From Clostridiaceae bacterium (lineage in GTDB: Bacteria > Bacillota > Clostridia > DUPQ01): 64,000 nt of DNA. The translations under genes and the position numbers were made by a program. The notes beneath the pieces are model-generated. The model saw nothing but the letters and a program-made list of their open reading frames with translations. It was not told the DNA's origin and did no database searches. Shown here in pieces: positions 50,787 through 60,282 of the stretch. Position 1 is the stretch's first letter, and each line of letters opens with the position of its first letter. The stretch is from NCBI GenBank assembly GCA_012838235.1, contig DUPQ01000070.1:13454-77453 (forward strand), given 5' to 3'.

Positions 50787-51416
50787 ATGAAGCAACCTAT
50801 ATCACTGCAGCTCTACAACCGATTGACAAAATATCTCTACTATCTGGAAGGCTTAGGAGCTGATGCACCGGAGAACATATCCGCTACTACAATCGCAAAG
50901 GCACTTGAGCTTAACGATGTACTGGTTAGGAAGGATTTGGCAAGTGTCAGTAATGGAGGAAGACCTAAAACGGGATACGTTACAAAGGAGCTTATGGCCG
51001 ATATTTCACATTTTCTCGGACACGACAACACTTCGGACGCCGTGCTGGCGGGTGTGGGCAATCTCGGCAAAGCACTTATGAGCTACGATAATTTCAAGAA
51101 TTACGGTTTGGATATAGTGGCTGCCTTTGATATCTCCCCGGAACTTGTGGGCACTGAAATTAACGGCAAAAAAATATTTGCATGCGAGAAAATGAAAAAC
51201 CTGTGTGAACGCCTTAATATTAAGATCGGCATTATTACAGTACCTGCGGAACATGCTCAATCGGTATGTGACATGATGATTGAATGCGGAATAAAGGCAA
51301 TATGGAATTTTGCACCGGTAAATTTGAAGTTACCCGATGATGTAGTAGTTAAAAACGAGAATATGGCTGCGTCACTTGCAGTGCTGATAAAAAGGCTTGA
51401 CCAAAAGGAGAAATAA
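50787..51416 (+). CDS. rex: Redox-sensing transcriptional repressor Rex
   Basis: 209 aa. wHTH YNRLTKYLYYLEGL...SATTIAKALELNDVLVRKDL, Rossmann AVLAGVGNLGKAL. Confidence 0.9.
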   Translation: MKQPISLQLYNRLTKYLYYLEGLGADAPENISATTIAKALELNDVLVRKDLASVSNGGRPKTGYVTKELMADISHFLGHDNTSDAVLAGVGNLGKALMSYDNFKNYGLDIVAAFDISPELVGTEINGKKIFACEKMKNLCERLNIKIGIITVPAEHAQSVCDMMIECGIKAIWNFAPVNLKLPDDVVVKNENMAASLAVLIKRLDQKEK

Positions 51417-51494
51417 GTATGGCAAAGCTGCCTCAGCTTGATTTTGAAGATATATACCGAAATACATACTACGGAGAAAGGACGGTTTTTAAGA

Positions 51495-52004
51495 ATGGGA
51501 AATGACAGAAATACTTTTTCGATAAAATTTGATAAGGTTTGCGAGGTTCTGGATAAACACGAATGTTCGCCCAACAAACTTATAGCGATTCTGCAGGAGA
51601 TTCAGGAAGAGTACAAATATCTCCCGGAAGACATAATGACATATATTGCAACGGCATTGGGAATATCGCCTGGCGTAGTATTCGGAGTTGCGACGTTCTA
51701 TTCGCATTTTGCCCTTGAACCTAAGGGTAAATATGTGATAAAGGTATGCGACGGCACTGCCTGTCATGTCAGGAAATCCAAAGACATTCTGCAAACGCTG
51801 GAAAAGGAGCTTGGATTATCCGGTAAAAAGAAAACCTCCGATGATATGCTCTTTACTCTTGAAACCGTTGCGTGTCTCGGAGCATGCGGACTTGCGCCCG
51901 TAGTTGTAGTAAATGATGAAGTACACGGCTCTATGACAAAAGAGAAAACGATAGAACTGATAAGCCGTATCCGTGAACAAGAAAGACAGGAGATGAATAA
52001 ATGA
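51495..52004 (+). CDS. hydC: NuoE-like [2Fe-2S] subunit of the electron-bifurcating [FeFe] hydrogenase
   Basis: The track ORF starts at TTG 51438; ATG 51495 (MGNDRNTF) is more plausible. LIAILQEIQEEYKYLPED, VCDGTACHV, ACLGACGLAPVVVVN. Confidence 0.85.
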   Translation: MGNDRNTFSIKFDKVCEVLDKHECSPNKLIAILQEIQEEYKYLPEDIMTYIATALGISPGVVFGVATFYSHFALEPKGKYVIKVCDGTACHVRKSKDILQTLEKELGLSGKKKTSDDMLFTLETVACLGACGLAPVVVVNDEVHGSMTKEKTIELISRIREQERQEMNK

Positions 52005-53968
52005 ACGCTTCAATGTTGACAAAACAGATTATAGATCTTGAAAAGACCAGAGAAAATTATAACAAAGCATGCACAGCATATAAGATGCGGATAGTTATTT
52101 GCGCCGGAACCGGTTGTATGGCAAACGGTGCAATGTCGATTTACAACAAATTCAGAGAAGTTATTGCAGAGCGCGGTCTAAAAGCGGATGTTGTACTTGA
52201 AAAGGAAGAACATCATCACGTTGCGCATAACGATAAACATGCCGCAGCGGGCGAATCACAGACTGTCAATAACAATTTCCTGTTGGTGCAAAGCGGCTGT
52301 CAGGGTTTCTGTCAGATGGGACCGCTTGTAACCATTTATCCGCAGAACATTCTGTATACAAAAGTTAAAGTGTCGGACGTGGAAGAGATTGTCGACAGAA
52401 CTCTTCAAAAAGGTGAGTCTGTGGACAGACTGCTCTATGAGTGTCACGATACAAAGCATCACGTAAAGGATATGAATAAGATACCTTTTTATGAGAGACA
52501 GAAACGAATTATGCTAAAGCTTTGCGGACATATCAATGTCAATGATGTGGATGAATATATCGCCAACGGCGGATATTTTATGGCACGCAAGGCAGTGCTT
52601 GAAATGACCGCGGAACAGATATGCAAGGAAATTCTGGATTCGGGGCTTCGGGGCAGAGGAGGCGGCGGGTTTCCGACAGGAAGAAAATGGGAACTGACGC
52701 GCATCAATGAAAGTGACACCAAATATATCATATGCAACGGCGATGAGGGAGATCCCGGAGCATTCATGGATCGATGTGTAATGGAAGGTAATCCTCACAG
52801 TGTTCTGGAAGGAATGATAATTGCCGCCATGGCGGTAAATGCCAGCATAGGTATGGTCTATGTAAGAACCGAATATCCTCTGGCTGTCCAAAGGCTGAAA
52901 AAAGCTATCAAATCCGCAAGGGAAAACGGAATACTGGGTGAAAATATTTTCGGTTCGGGTAAGAAATTTGACATTGAGGTAATTGAGGGCGCAGGAGCAT
53001 TCGTTTGCGGTGAGGAAACCGCACTGATTGCGTCTATTGAAGGCCACCGAGGTATGCCGACCATGAAACCGCCGTTTCCCGCGGAAAAAGGATTGTTCGG
53101 AAAACCTACCGTTATAAATAACGTTGAAACACTTGCCACTATTCCCGTTATTCTTGAAATGGGAGCCGCCAAGTACCGGGAATTGGGAACGGAAACATCC
53201 AAGGGAACAAAAACCTTTGCACTTACCGGTCATGTCGCAAACACCGGGCTGATAGAGGTTCCGTTCGGGACAACTCTCAGAGAAATTGTAGGTGATATAG
53301 GCGGCGGAGTACTTGATGATGAGGGAAATAACTGCGGAGTGGATTTCAAAGCCGTGCAGATCGGCGGACCATCGGGCGGTTGTCTGACAAAAGAGCATCT
53401 TGACCTTCCTCTGGATTACGATAATCTCCGTAATGTAGGAGCCATGGTCGGTTCAGGCGGACTTGTCGTAATGAATCAAAATACTTGCATGATACAGATT
53501 GCAAGATTTTTCATGCAGTTTACACAGAATGAATCCTGCGGAAAGTGCGTTGTGTGTCGTGAAGGCACGCGGCAGATGCTTGCTTTATTGGATGAAATAA
53601 TCGAAGGTAGGGCGGATGCACAGACGCTTGAACTTCTTGAAGAGCTGGCTGAAACCGTAAGAATAGGTTCACTGTGCGGGCTTGGCAAAACCGCTCCGAA
53701 CCCCGTTCTTTCTACGCTTGAGTATTTCAGAGATGAATACAATGCCCATGTTTTTGACAAGAGATGCCCAACGGGTAATTGTGAAGCTCTCAAGACGTAC
53801 AGAATAATAGCAGAGAAATGCAAAGCCTGCGGACTATGTGCGAAAAAGTGCCCTGTGGAGGCGATTGAAGGGGCAAAAGGTGTTCCGTATGTTATTGATG
53901 CGGAAAAATGTATAAAGTGCGGAGCGTGCATTAACGCCTGCAGATTTAATGCTGTTGTGAAAGGATGA
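52001..53968 (+). CDS. hydB: NuoF-like FMN/NAD(H)-binding subunit of the electron-bifurcating [FeFe] hydrogenase
   Basis: 655 aa. GLRGRGGGGFPTGRKW, ICNGDEGDPGAF, ESCGKCVVCREG. C-terminal 2x[4Fe-4S] ferredoxin CKACGLCAKKCP / CIKCGACINAC. N-terminal Trx-like 2Fe-2S domain. Confidence 0.9.
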   Translation: MNASMLTKQIIDLEKTRENYNKACTAYKMRIVICAGTGCMANGAMSIYNKFREVIAERGLKADVVLEKEEHHHVAHNDKHAAAGESQTVNNNFLLVQSGCQGFCQMGPLVTIYPQNILYTKVKVSDVEEIVDRTLQKGESVDRLLYECHDTKHHVKDMNKIPFYERQKRIMLKLCGHINVNDVDEYIANGGYFMARKAVLEMTAEQICKEILDSGLRGRGGGGFPTGRKWELTRINESDTKYIICNGDEGDPGAFMDRCVMEGNPHSVLEGMIIAAMAVNASIGMVYVRTEYPLAVQRLKKAIKSARENGILGENIFGSGKKFDIEVIEGAGAFVCGEETALIASIEGHRGMPTMKPPFPAEKGLFGKPTVINNVETLATIPVILEMGAAKYRELGTETSKGTKTFALTGHVANTGLIEVPFGTTLREIVGDIGGGVLDDEGNNCGVDFKAVQIGGPSGGCLTKEHLDLPLDYDNLRNVGAMVGSGGLVVMNQNTCMIQIARFFMQFTQNESCGKCVVCREGTRQMLALLDEIIEGRADAQTLELLEELAETVRIGSLCGLGKTAPNPVLSTLEYFRDEYNAHVFDKRCPTGNCEALKTYRIIAEKCKACGLCAKKCPVEAIEGAKGVPYVIDAEKCIKCGACINACRFNAVVKG

Positions 53969-53972
53969 ATCA

Positions 53973-55970
53973 ATGTATATGAAAACTCAAACTGCCGTAA
54001 TAGATAACTTTACAATTCAGATCGAGGATGAGAAAAACCTTTTGGAGCTGATTCGCAAAGCGAATATAGAGCTTCCGACATTTTGCTACCATTCGGAAAT
54101 CAGCGTATATGGCGCGTGCCGTATGTGTATGGTTGAAATAGAGGGGAGAGGAATTGTACCTGCCTGCTCGACCAAGCCTGAGGGCGGTATGGTAGTACAT
54201 ACCAATACTGCGCAGATACGCAAGATGCGCAAGATGATAATTGAACTTATGCTTGCAAGTCATGATCAAAGTTGCACCACATGTCCCAAGAGCGGTGACT
54301 GCAAACTACAGAACATTGCCAAACAGCTTGGCGTGGATAAAATCCGATTTAAGCAAATGAAGACGCACCAAGAACTTGACTTGTCTTCTGATGCAATCAT
54401 ACGGGATCCGGGTAAGTGTATTCTTTGCGGTGATTGCGTACGTGTCTGCAATGAGATACAGTCCGTAGGCGCTCTGGATTTCGCTTATCGCGGCGCGGAG
54501 GCCAAAGTGGTCACCCCGTTCAATAAAGGGATTGGAGAAGTGGAATGCGTCAATTGCGGTCAATGCGTAAAAGTTTGCCCTGTCGGCGCCCTGATGCCCA
54601 AGTATCATATAAACGATGTGTGGGAAGCCATACATGATAAAAGTAAAACCGTTGTTGCGCAGATAGCTCCTGCCGTAAGAGTCTCACTTGGTGAATATTT
54701 CGGATACAAACCCGGCACGACAACCACCGGTCAAATAATTGCAGCACTTCGCAGAATGGGCTTTGATAAAGTTTATGACACATCTTTCAGCGCAGATCTT
54801 ACGGTGATAGAGGAAGGTAGGGAATTTCTTGACAGATACTCCAAAAACGAGAATCTGCCTTTGTTTACCTCCTGTTGCCCGGCATGGGTAAAATATGCCG
54901 AGCAATATTACCCTGATTTGCTGTCAAATCTTTCTACTTGCCGTTCTCCACAGCAAATGTTCGGAGCGGTGTGTAAGGAGCAACTTGTGAAAGATCTTAA
55001 AATTTCTCGCGAGGATCTGGTAGTTGTTTCAATAATGCCGTGTACTGCCAAAAAATTTGAAGCACGCAGGGATGAATTTAAAACAAACGGCAATCCGGAT
55101 GTCGACTATGTAATAACAACTAAGGAACTGTCGATTATGATTAAGGAAAGCGGAATTGAATTTGGCAAACTTGAACTTAGTTCTTTCGATATGCCTTTCG
55201 GATTTACCACCGGAGCAGGCGTTATTTTCGGAGCTTCCGGAGGAGTAAGCGAGGCGGTATTGAGATTTGCCGCATATTCGCTTCAGAAAGGTTTTGTCGG
55301 CGAGTTCAGGCAATTCAGAACCGGTGACAGGACTAAGGTTTCGGAAATCGAGATTGGCGATAAGAAACTTCGTCTTGCTGTAGTAAGCGGACTTGCCAAC
55401 GCAAAAAAAGTAATTGATAAAATAAGGAAAGGCGAAGAACATTATGATCTTGTGGAGGTTATGGCGTGCTGCGACGGTTGTATAAACGGAGGGGGACAGC
55501 CGGTATCAAACGCAAGTAATGCGGTTGCTGACCGCGCAAAAGGATTGTATGACAATGATAAAATGCTTCAATTCCATGTGTCGTCGGAGAATCCGTATAT
55601 AAAGCAGCTCTATAACGAAACACTGGTTGATGATAAGGCACACAGATTGCTGCATACTACGTATGAAAACAGAAGACGTATACTTCAGGATGATATAATA
55701 ATCAACGAAGTTCCTGAAAACAAGAAACTGGAGATAACCATTTGTTTCGGAACAAGTTGTTTTCTGAGAGGAGCACAAACCCTCTACACTCAGTTAATGG
55801 AATATCTTTCAGAGAGGGAGTTGCTTGGAAAAACTGAGTTTACCGCTTCATTCTGCGGAAAACAGTGTAAAAAAGGACCCGTAATATCTATCAACGGAAA
55901 GAATATTGAGCACTGCACTTTGGAAATGGCTGTGGCGGAGATAGAAGCGGTTCTTCGATTAAAGATGTAG
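53973..55970 (+). CDS. hydA: [FeFe] hydrogenase catalytic subunit with C-terminal Trx-like [2Fe-2S] domain
   Basis: 665 aa. H-cluster motifs FTSCCPAW, MPCTAKKFE, EVMACCDGCINGGGQP. N-terminal 2Fe-2S/4Fe-4S domains. C-terminal ITICFGTSCFLRG...FCGKQCKKGP. Confidence 0.95.
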   Translation: MYMKTQTAVIDNFTIQIEDEKNLLELIRKANIELPTFCYHSEISVYGACRMCMVEIEGRGIVPACSTKPEGGMVVHTNTAQIRKMRKMIIELMLASHDQSCTTCPKSGDCKLQNIAKQLGVDKIRFKQMKTHQELDLSSDAIIRDPGKCILCGDCVRVCNEIQSVGALDFAYRGAEAKVVTPFNKGIGEVECVNCGQCVKVCPVGALMPKYHINDVWEAIHDKSKTVVAQIAPAVRVSLGEYFGYKPGTTTTGQIIAALRRMGFDKVYDTSFSADLTVIEEGREFLDRYSKNENLPLFTSCCPAWVKYAEQYYPDLLSNLSTCRSPQQMFGAVCKEQLVKDLKISREDLVVVSIMPCTAKKFEARRDEFKTNGNPDVDYVITTKELSIMIKESGIEFGKLELSSFDMPFGFTTGAGVIFGASGGVSEAVLRFAAYSLQKGFVGEFRQFRTGDRTKVSEIEIGDKKLRLAVVSGLANAKKVIDKIRKGEEHYDLVEVMACCDGCINGGGQPVSNASNAVADRAKGLYDNDKMLQFHVSSENPYIKQLYNETLVDDKAHRLLHTTYENRRRILQDDIIINEVPENKKLEITICFGTSCFLRGAQTLYTQLMEYLSERELLGKTEFTASFCGKQCKKGPVISINGKNIEHCTLEMAVAEIEAVLRLKM

Positions 55971-55996
55971 CAAAATACAATGGAGATATTAAACCG

Positions 55997-57700
55997 ATGA
56001 GACAAAATACGATATATACCGTAACTGCAGATTGTCAGGACTGTTACCGATGTGTAAGCTCATGCTCTGTCAAAGCGATTAAAGTCAGTGGCGGTCAAGC
56101 TCAAATTCAGGACGATTTATGTATCAAATGCGGGACTTGTGTAAGAGAATGCCCACAACATGCTAAGGTAATACGTTCAAGTATTAACGAAGCCAAAGAA
56201 TTGATTGCTTCAGGCAGAAAAGTTTCAGTCAGCATTGCGCCTTCATTTGCCGCTCTTTTTAGCGGAAAACTTGCGGCACGACTGCCTTCCGCACTCAGGC
56301 AGCTCGGATTTAACATGGTTTTTGAAACAGCCGAAGGTGCAAGCTACATTACAGATAAATCTTTTGCAAAAAGCGAGAAAGGTACCATATGTACGGCGTG
56401 TCCCGTGGTAGTGAGTTATATCGAGAAGTACAAGCCTGAACTTATCAATCTCCTTATAAGAGTAACATCACCGATGATTGCTCACGGCAGGATGATTAAA
56501 GAAAAATATCCTGATAATGCGGTGGTTTTTATCGGACCGTGCGCAGCAAAAAAAGAGGAAGCTCTGCGTCCTGAAAACGCAGGCGTTATTGATGTTGTTC
56601 TTACTTTTACCGAGATCAGGAAATGGTTCGAAGATGAGGATATTCACCTTGAGAATTGTTCGGAAAGTGATTTTGAATGCATTGGTGAAATTGGAGACAG
56701 CAGGCTTTTTCCTCTTGAAGGCGGGATGTTCAAGACCGGCGGTATACACAGTGATGTTACGGCCGCTGATGTTCTGCATGTCAGCGGTGCCGAAGACGTG
56801 ATGACGCTTCTGGACAGCCCCGAAACATTGCTTCGTTATAGCAAGATTGAGCCGCTTTTCTGCAAAGGCGGGTGTGTAAACGGTCCCGGTTTTGAGAGTG
56901 ATAAAAATGTTTTTGAAAGAAGACTGGATATAATTGAGTACACGGAGAAAGCTAAAAGAAAAAAACAAACCGATAGCATTGGAGATATCGCTTATTTCAC
57001 GGAATTTTCCGATGCTGAGGTCAATGAAGACACGGTTACTGAAGAGCAGATATACAAGGTGTTTGAACACACGGGTAAGGCCGATCCCAAATTTCAGCTT
57101 GACTGCGGAGCCTGCGGGTATAAGAGTTGTGTTGAGAATGCAAAGGCTGTGGTTCGCGGTATGGCGGAACCCGAGATGTGCATTCCCTATATGCGAAGGC
57201 TTGCTCAACAGAGGTCTGACAGGATAATTGAGACCTCTCCGAACGGGGTAGTGATACTCAACAAGGAACTTTGTATAATAAAAATGAACCCTGCCTTTCA
57301 GAAGATGTTTATGTGCAACAACGGGCTGCTCGGGAGAAGAATCTCTTATCTTATAAATGCCGACGGATTTGAGAAACTGCTGGCCGGAACGATTGAGCAC
57401 CATGAATCCATACAAGTTAAATATGGGATAAAATATCATGAGATTTTATATGCATTACGTGATGAGGAACAGTTTGTAGGCATTTTCTCGAATATATCAA
57501 AAATAAAGTTCGATGATAGTCAGCTTGATCTTATCAAGGCTCAGACAGTTGCACATGCGCGGGAGTTTCTTGAGCATCAGGTCAAATTTGCACAGGAGAT
57601 GGCTCATTATCTCGGTAAAAGTACAGCACAGAGTGAAGAGATAGCACAACGTCTTATTGATTTGTATAAAAGCGATGCAAATATTAGTGACAACAAATGA
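55997..57700 (+). CDS. hydS: Sensory-type [FeFe] hydrogenase-like protein with C-terminal PAS domain (HydS / group C)
   Basis: 567 aa. Ferredoxin CQDCYRCVSSC / CIKCGTCVRECP. Variant H-cluster motifs ICTACPVVV, FIGPCAAKKEE, FCKGGCVNGPG. Extra Cys motif CGACGYKSC. PAS-like ETSPNGVVILNKELCIIKMNPAFQKMF. Confidence 0.85.
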   Translation: MRQNTIYTVTADCQDCYRCVSSCSVKAIKVSGGQAQIQDDLCIKCGTCVRECPQHAKVIRSSINEAKELIASGRKVSVSIAPSFAALFSGKLAARLPSALRQLGFNMVFETAEGASYITDKSFAKSEKGTICTACPVVVSYIEKYKPELINLLIRVTSPMIAHGRMIKEKYPDNAVVFIGPCAAKKEEALRPENAGVIDVVLTFTEIRKWFEDEDIHLENCSESDFECIGEIGDSRLFPLEGGMFKTGGIHSDVTAADVLHVSGAEDVMTLLDSPETLLRYSKIEPLFCKGGCVNGPGFESDKNVFERRLDIIEYTEKAKRKKQTDSIGDIAYFTEFSDAEVNEDTVTEEQIYKVFEHTGKADPKFQLDCGACGYKSCVENAKAVVRGMAEPEMCIPYMRRLAQQRSDRIIETSPNGVVILNKELCIIKMNPAFQKMFMCNNGLLGRRISYLINADGFEKLLAGTIEHHESIQVKYGIKYHEILYALRDEEQFVGIFSNISKIKFDDSQLDLIKAQTVAHAREFLEHQVKFAQEMAHYLGKSTAQSEEIAQRLIDLYKSDANISDNK

Positions 57701-58851
57701 GTAAAAAAATGAGATTTTACGAGGATAAAATATCACAAAAAATTAAGACCGGCGAAATTGTATGCGGCGATCATACTAAATGTCACAGGTCAGTTAACGG
57801 TACTGTTTTTGCTCTGTGTGATGGTATCGGCTCGGGCATATATGCAAATATCTCCGCTATTTCCTGTTCCGACAGGATAGTTGAATTGTTTAAGCTCGGT
57901 GTCTCATTACGTTCGACAGTGGAGACGGTTGCAGCGTCCATGCAAAGAGCAAGAACGGAAGATCATCCTTTTTCAGCATTTTCTGCAGTGGCAATCTTGC
58001 CTGACGGACAGTTTTCCATATATACCTACGAGGCTCCGCAAGCTATTATTATCAAGAACGGAACGTCATCTGTTCTGAAACCGGAGTTTTTTACCACAGG
58101 GTATGAAGTCGTGGGAGAAACAGTAGGTGTATTGGACATAGGTGATTCGTTAGTTCTGTGCTCAGACGGTGTAACACAGGCAGGACTGGGGCATGGGTAC
58201 GGATTTGGGATCGGTATTGAGAATATTTCAGATTATATAAACAAGTTGTTGCAATCTGGAACAGATATACATGACCTGCCGGAAAAGATAACCGATATGT
58301 GTGCAAGACTTATGAACGGCAGATATGAGGATGATACTACTCTGGCCGTATTGCATTGCCAAGAGGCAAACGAACTTACCGTGATGACCGGTCCTCCATC
58401 GAAAGTTTCGATGGATAAGGAATATGTAGAAAGATTCATTTCCATGCCCGGCAAAAAAGCAATCTGCGGATCAACCACTGCGGATATAGTCGCACGTGAG
58501 ACAGGAAGAAAAGTAGAAACACTCAAAATGGGCACCGCCTTCGGAATTCCTCCTGAATATGCCATAGAAGGAATAGATTTTACCGGCGAAGGTGCTATTA
58601 TACTTAATCAGGTATATAACATACTCGATGAACCCGTTGAAAATTTTACCGCTAACTCTGCGGCTGAACGTTTATGCATGATGATGCTTGAGGCAGATGT
58701 GATCCATATGATGATCGGCAATGCTATGAATGATGCTCACGAAGTTCTGCTGTTTAAACAGGTTGGAGTGAGAGTAAGACGAACTGCGATCAAGCTTATA
58801 GCGGAAAAGCTCCGGGAAAAGGGAAAACTGGTTATAGAAACCTATTATTGA
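57697..58851 (+). CDS. SpoIIE/PP2C-type serine phosphatase with uncharacterised C-terminal domain
   Basis: 384 aa, ATGA overlap with hydS. GEIVCGDH...FALCDGIGSGIYAN...LVLCSDGVTQAG...DDTTLAVL. Confidence 0.8.
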   Translation: MSKKMRFYEDKISQKIKTGEIVCGDHTKCHRSVNGTVFALCDGIGSGIYANISAISCSDRIVELFKLGVSLRSTVETVAASMQRARTEDHPFSAFSAVAILPDGQFSIYTYEAPQAIIIKNGTSSVLKPEFFTTGYEVVGETVGVLDIGDSLVLCSDGVTQAGLGHGYGFGIGIENISDYINKLLQSGTDIHDLPEKITDMCARLMNGRYEDDTTLAVLHCQEANELTVMTGPPSKVSMDKEYVERFISMPGKKAICGSTTADIVARETGRKVETLKMGTAFGIPPEYAIEGIDFTGEGAIILNQVYNILDEPVENFTANSAAERLCMMMLEADVIHMMIGNAMNDAHEVLLFKQVGVRVRRTAIKLIAEKLREKGKLVIETYY

Positions 58852-59071
58852 TTATCGTGACATAAATATATGGAAGTATATACTTTCGGAGTTATTCTAT
58901 GTTAATAACTTTATCATAGCCCTTTTTGTTCTCATCAATTATGAGATGATTTATATTGAATAGTGTTAGACTGTCCCGGGGTGAGAATAGTTTTTTCGAT
59001 TTGCTCCGTTCAAGGCTGTATGCATCCGTTTGGTATGCTGAAATGAATGTTGTAGGTAGGAGGTATTGTAC

Positions 59072-59734
59072 ATGACGATATCAAAAGCATGGGATTGGAA
59101 CAAGGAATTGAATTCCGTTTGGCTGCAACCGAGTGAAGAAAGCTATTATGTGGCACAGCTTTGGAAAGATAGGAATATAAAGAGGGTTTTGGATTTTGGT
59201 TGCGGATTGGGCAGACATTCAATATTTTTTGCAAAACAGGGGTTTTCAGTCAGTGCTTTTGATTTATCCCTTGAGGCAACGGAGTACCTGAAAGCATGGG
59301 CGGAAAGAGAAAACCTGTCTATTGAGGTTATAAATGCCGATATGATGAAAATTCCGTACGAAGATAACTTCTTTGATGCGATTTTTGCATATCATGTTAT
59401 ATCTCATACCGATTCTTCGGGGATTAAAGAAATAATTAAAGAAATTTCAAGGATATTGAAAATCGGCGGTGAAATATACGTTACACTGTGTTCAAAAGAG
59501 TCGGCATCTTTTAAGGATACCGATAATCCCAAACGGGATGCCAATACCGTAATCAAGACAAAAGAAGGACCGGAGAAAGGCATACCGCACTTTTATGTGG
59601 AACTTGATGATATTTTTTCTTTGTTTGACAATTACGGTATAGATAGAATCCGGCATACTGATGACTGCTATTTCGACGGTAAAAAGCAGAACAGTAAACA
59701 TTACTTTATAAGTGCATCTTTAAGAAAGAAATAA
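59072..59734 (+). CDS. Class I SAM-dependent methyltransferase
   Basis: The track ORF starts at TTG 59066; ATG 59072 lies 8 nt after TAGGAGG. VLDFGCGLGRHSIFFAKQGFSVSAFDLS. Confidence 0.85.
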   Translation: MTISKAWDWNKELNSVWLQPSEESYYVAQLWKDRNIKRVLDFGCGLGRHSIFFAKQGFSVSAFDLSLEATEYLKAWAERENLSIEVINADMMKIPYEDNFFDAIFAYHVISHTDSSGIKEIIKEISRILKIGGEIYVTLCSKESASFKDTDNPKRDANTVIKTKEGPEKGIPHFYVELDDIFSLFDNYGIDRIRHTDDCYFDGKKQNSKHYFISASLRKK

Positions 59735-59963
59735 CAGGTTGCTTTGTGTTTAAATAATTTTTCACATTCAAGCTGCAATACAAGATTACTGTAACTGCAT
59801 CCGGAGGCTATAATGCAACTCCCTTATGTAATCGTCATATCAGTGTTTTTCAACTTGTACCCTATTACTAATAATCTATTGAACAAAAAAATTGTATAGA
59901 TGCCATAAATTTCATAGAAAAGAATATGGCAGTATTTTTAAAAAGTCAGAGAAAACGCTGCAA

Positions 59964-60014
59964 AATATGTTTGAAATGTCATAAAAACTGTTAAGGAATA
60001 TGTTTGAAATGTCA
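59964..60014 (+). repeat. 18-bp perfect direct repeat AATATGTTTGAAATGTCA (two copies, 33-bp period)
   Basis: Copies at 59964-59981 and 59997-60014, in a 320-bp non-coding gap between convergent genes. Confidence 0.6.
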
Positions 60015-60054
60015 GAGCTACGTCGTATTTGTCCAAGTACTCTTTCAAATTACA

Positions 60055-60282
60055 TTAAGATTTCTTACCGGCTTTTCTGTTAAAGATTATCGCTAATACT
60101 ATGAGTATGACAATACCTGCGGCATAAGGGATAGCAAGTGCTAAGGCTGCACCCGGAGGTGCGCTGTATCCGGCATATTTTGCTCCCCATTCAAGAGAGC
60201 AATAGTTATATGCGACTACGGCACACATAACGTTTGACAGTAAAATTGCCAGAATTATAAATATTTTAGATAAAACTTTCAT
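60055..60282 (-). CDS. Small two-TM membrane protein
   Basis: 75 aa, overlaps the upstream acyl-CoA synthetase stop. IFIILAILLSNVMCAVVAY and AAGIVILIVLAIIF. Confidence 0.55.
   Translation of the reverse strand: MKVLSKIFIILAILLSNVMCAVVAYNYCSLEWGAKYAGYSAPPGAALALAIPYAAGIVILIVLAIIFNRKAGKKS

Noticed and set aside
52514-53398. 294-aa antisense ORF inside hydB. Similar long antisense ORFs lie at 56468-57439 (inside hydS), 53476-53973, 40916-41455, 41872-42501, 42616-43248 and 47028-47573 (inside arg genes).
   Set aside because: All lie opposite genes with unambiguous family signatures. Their products are Cys/Phe/His-rich nonsense-like sequences without RBS support.
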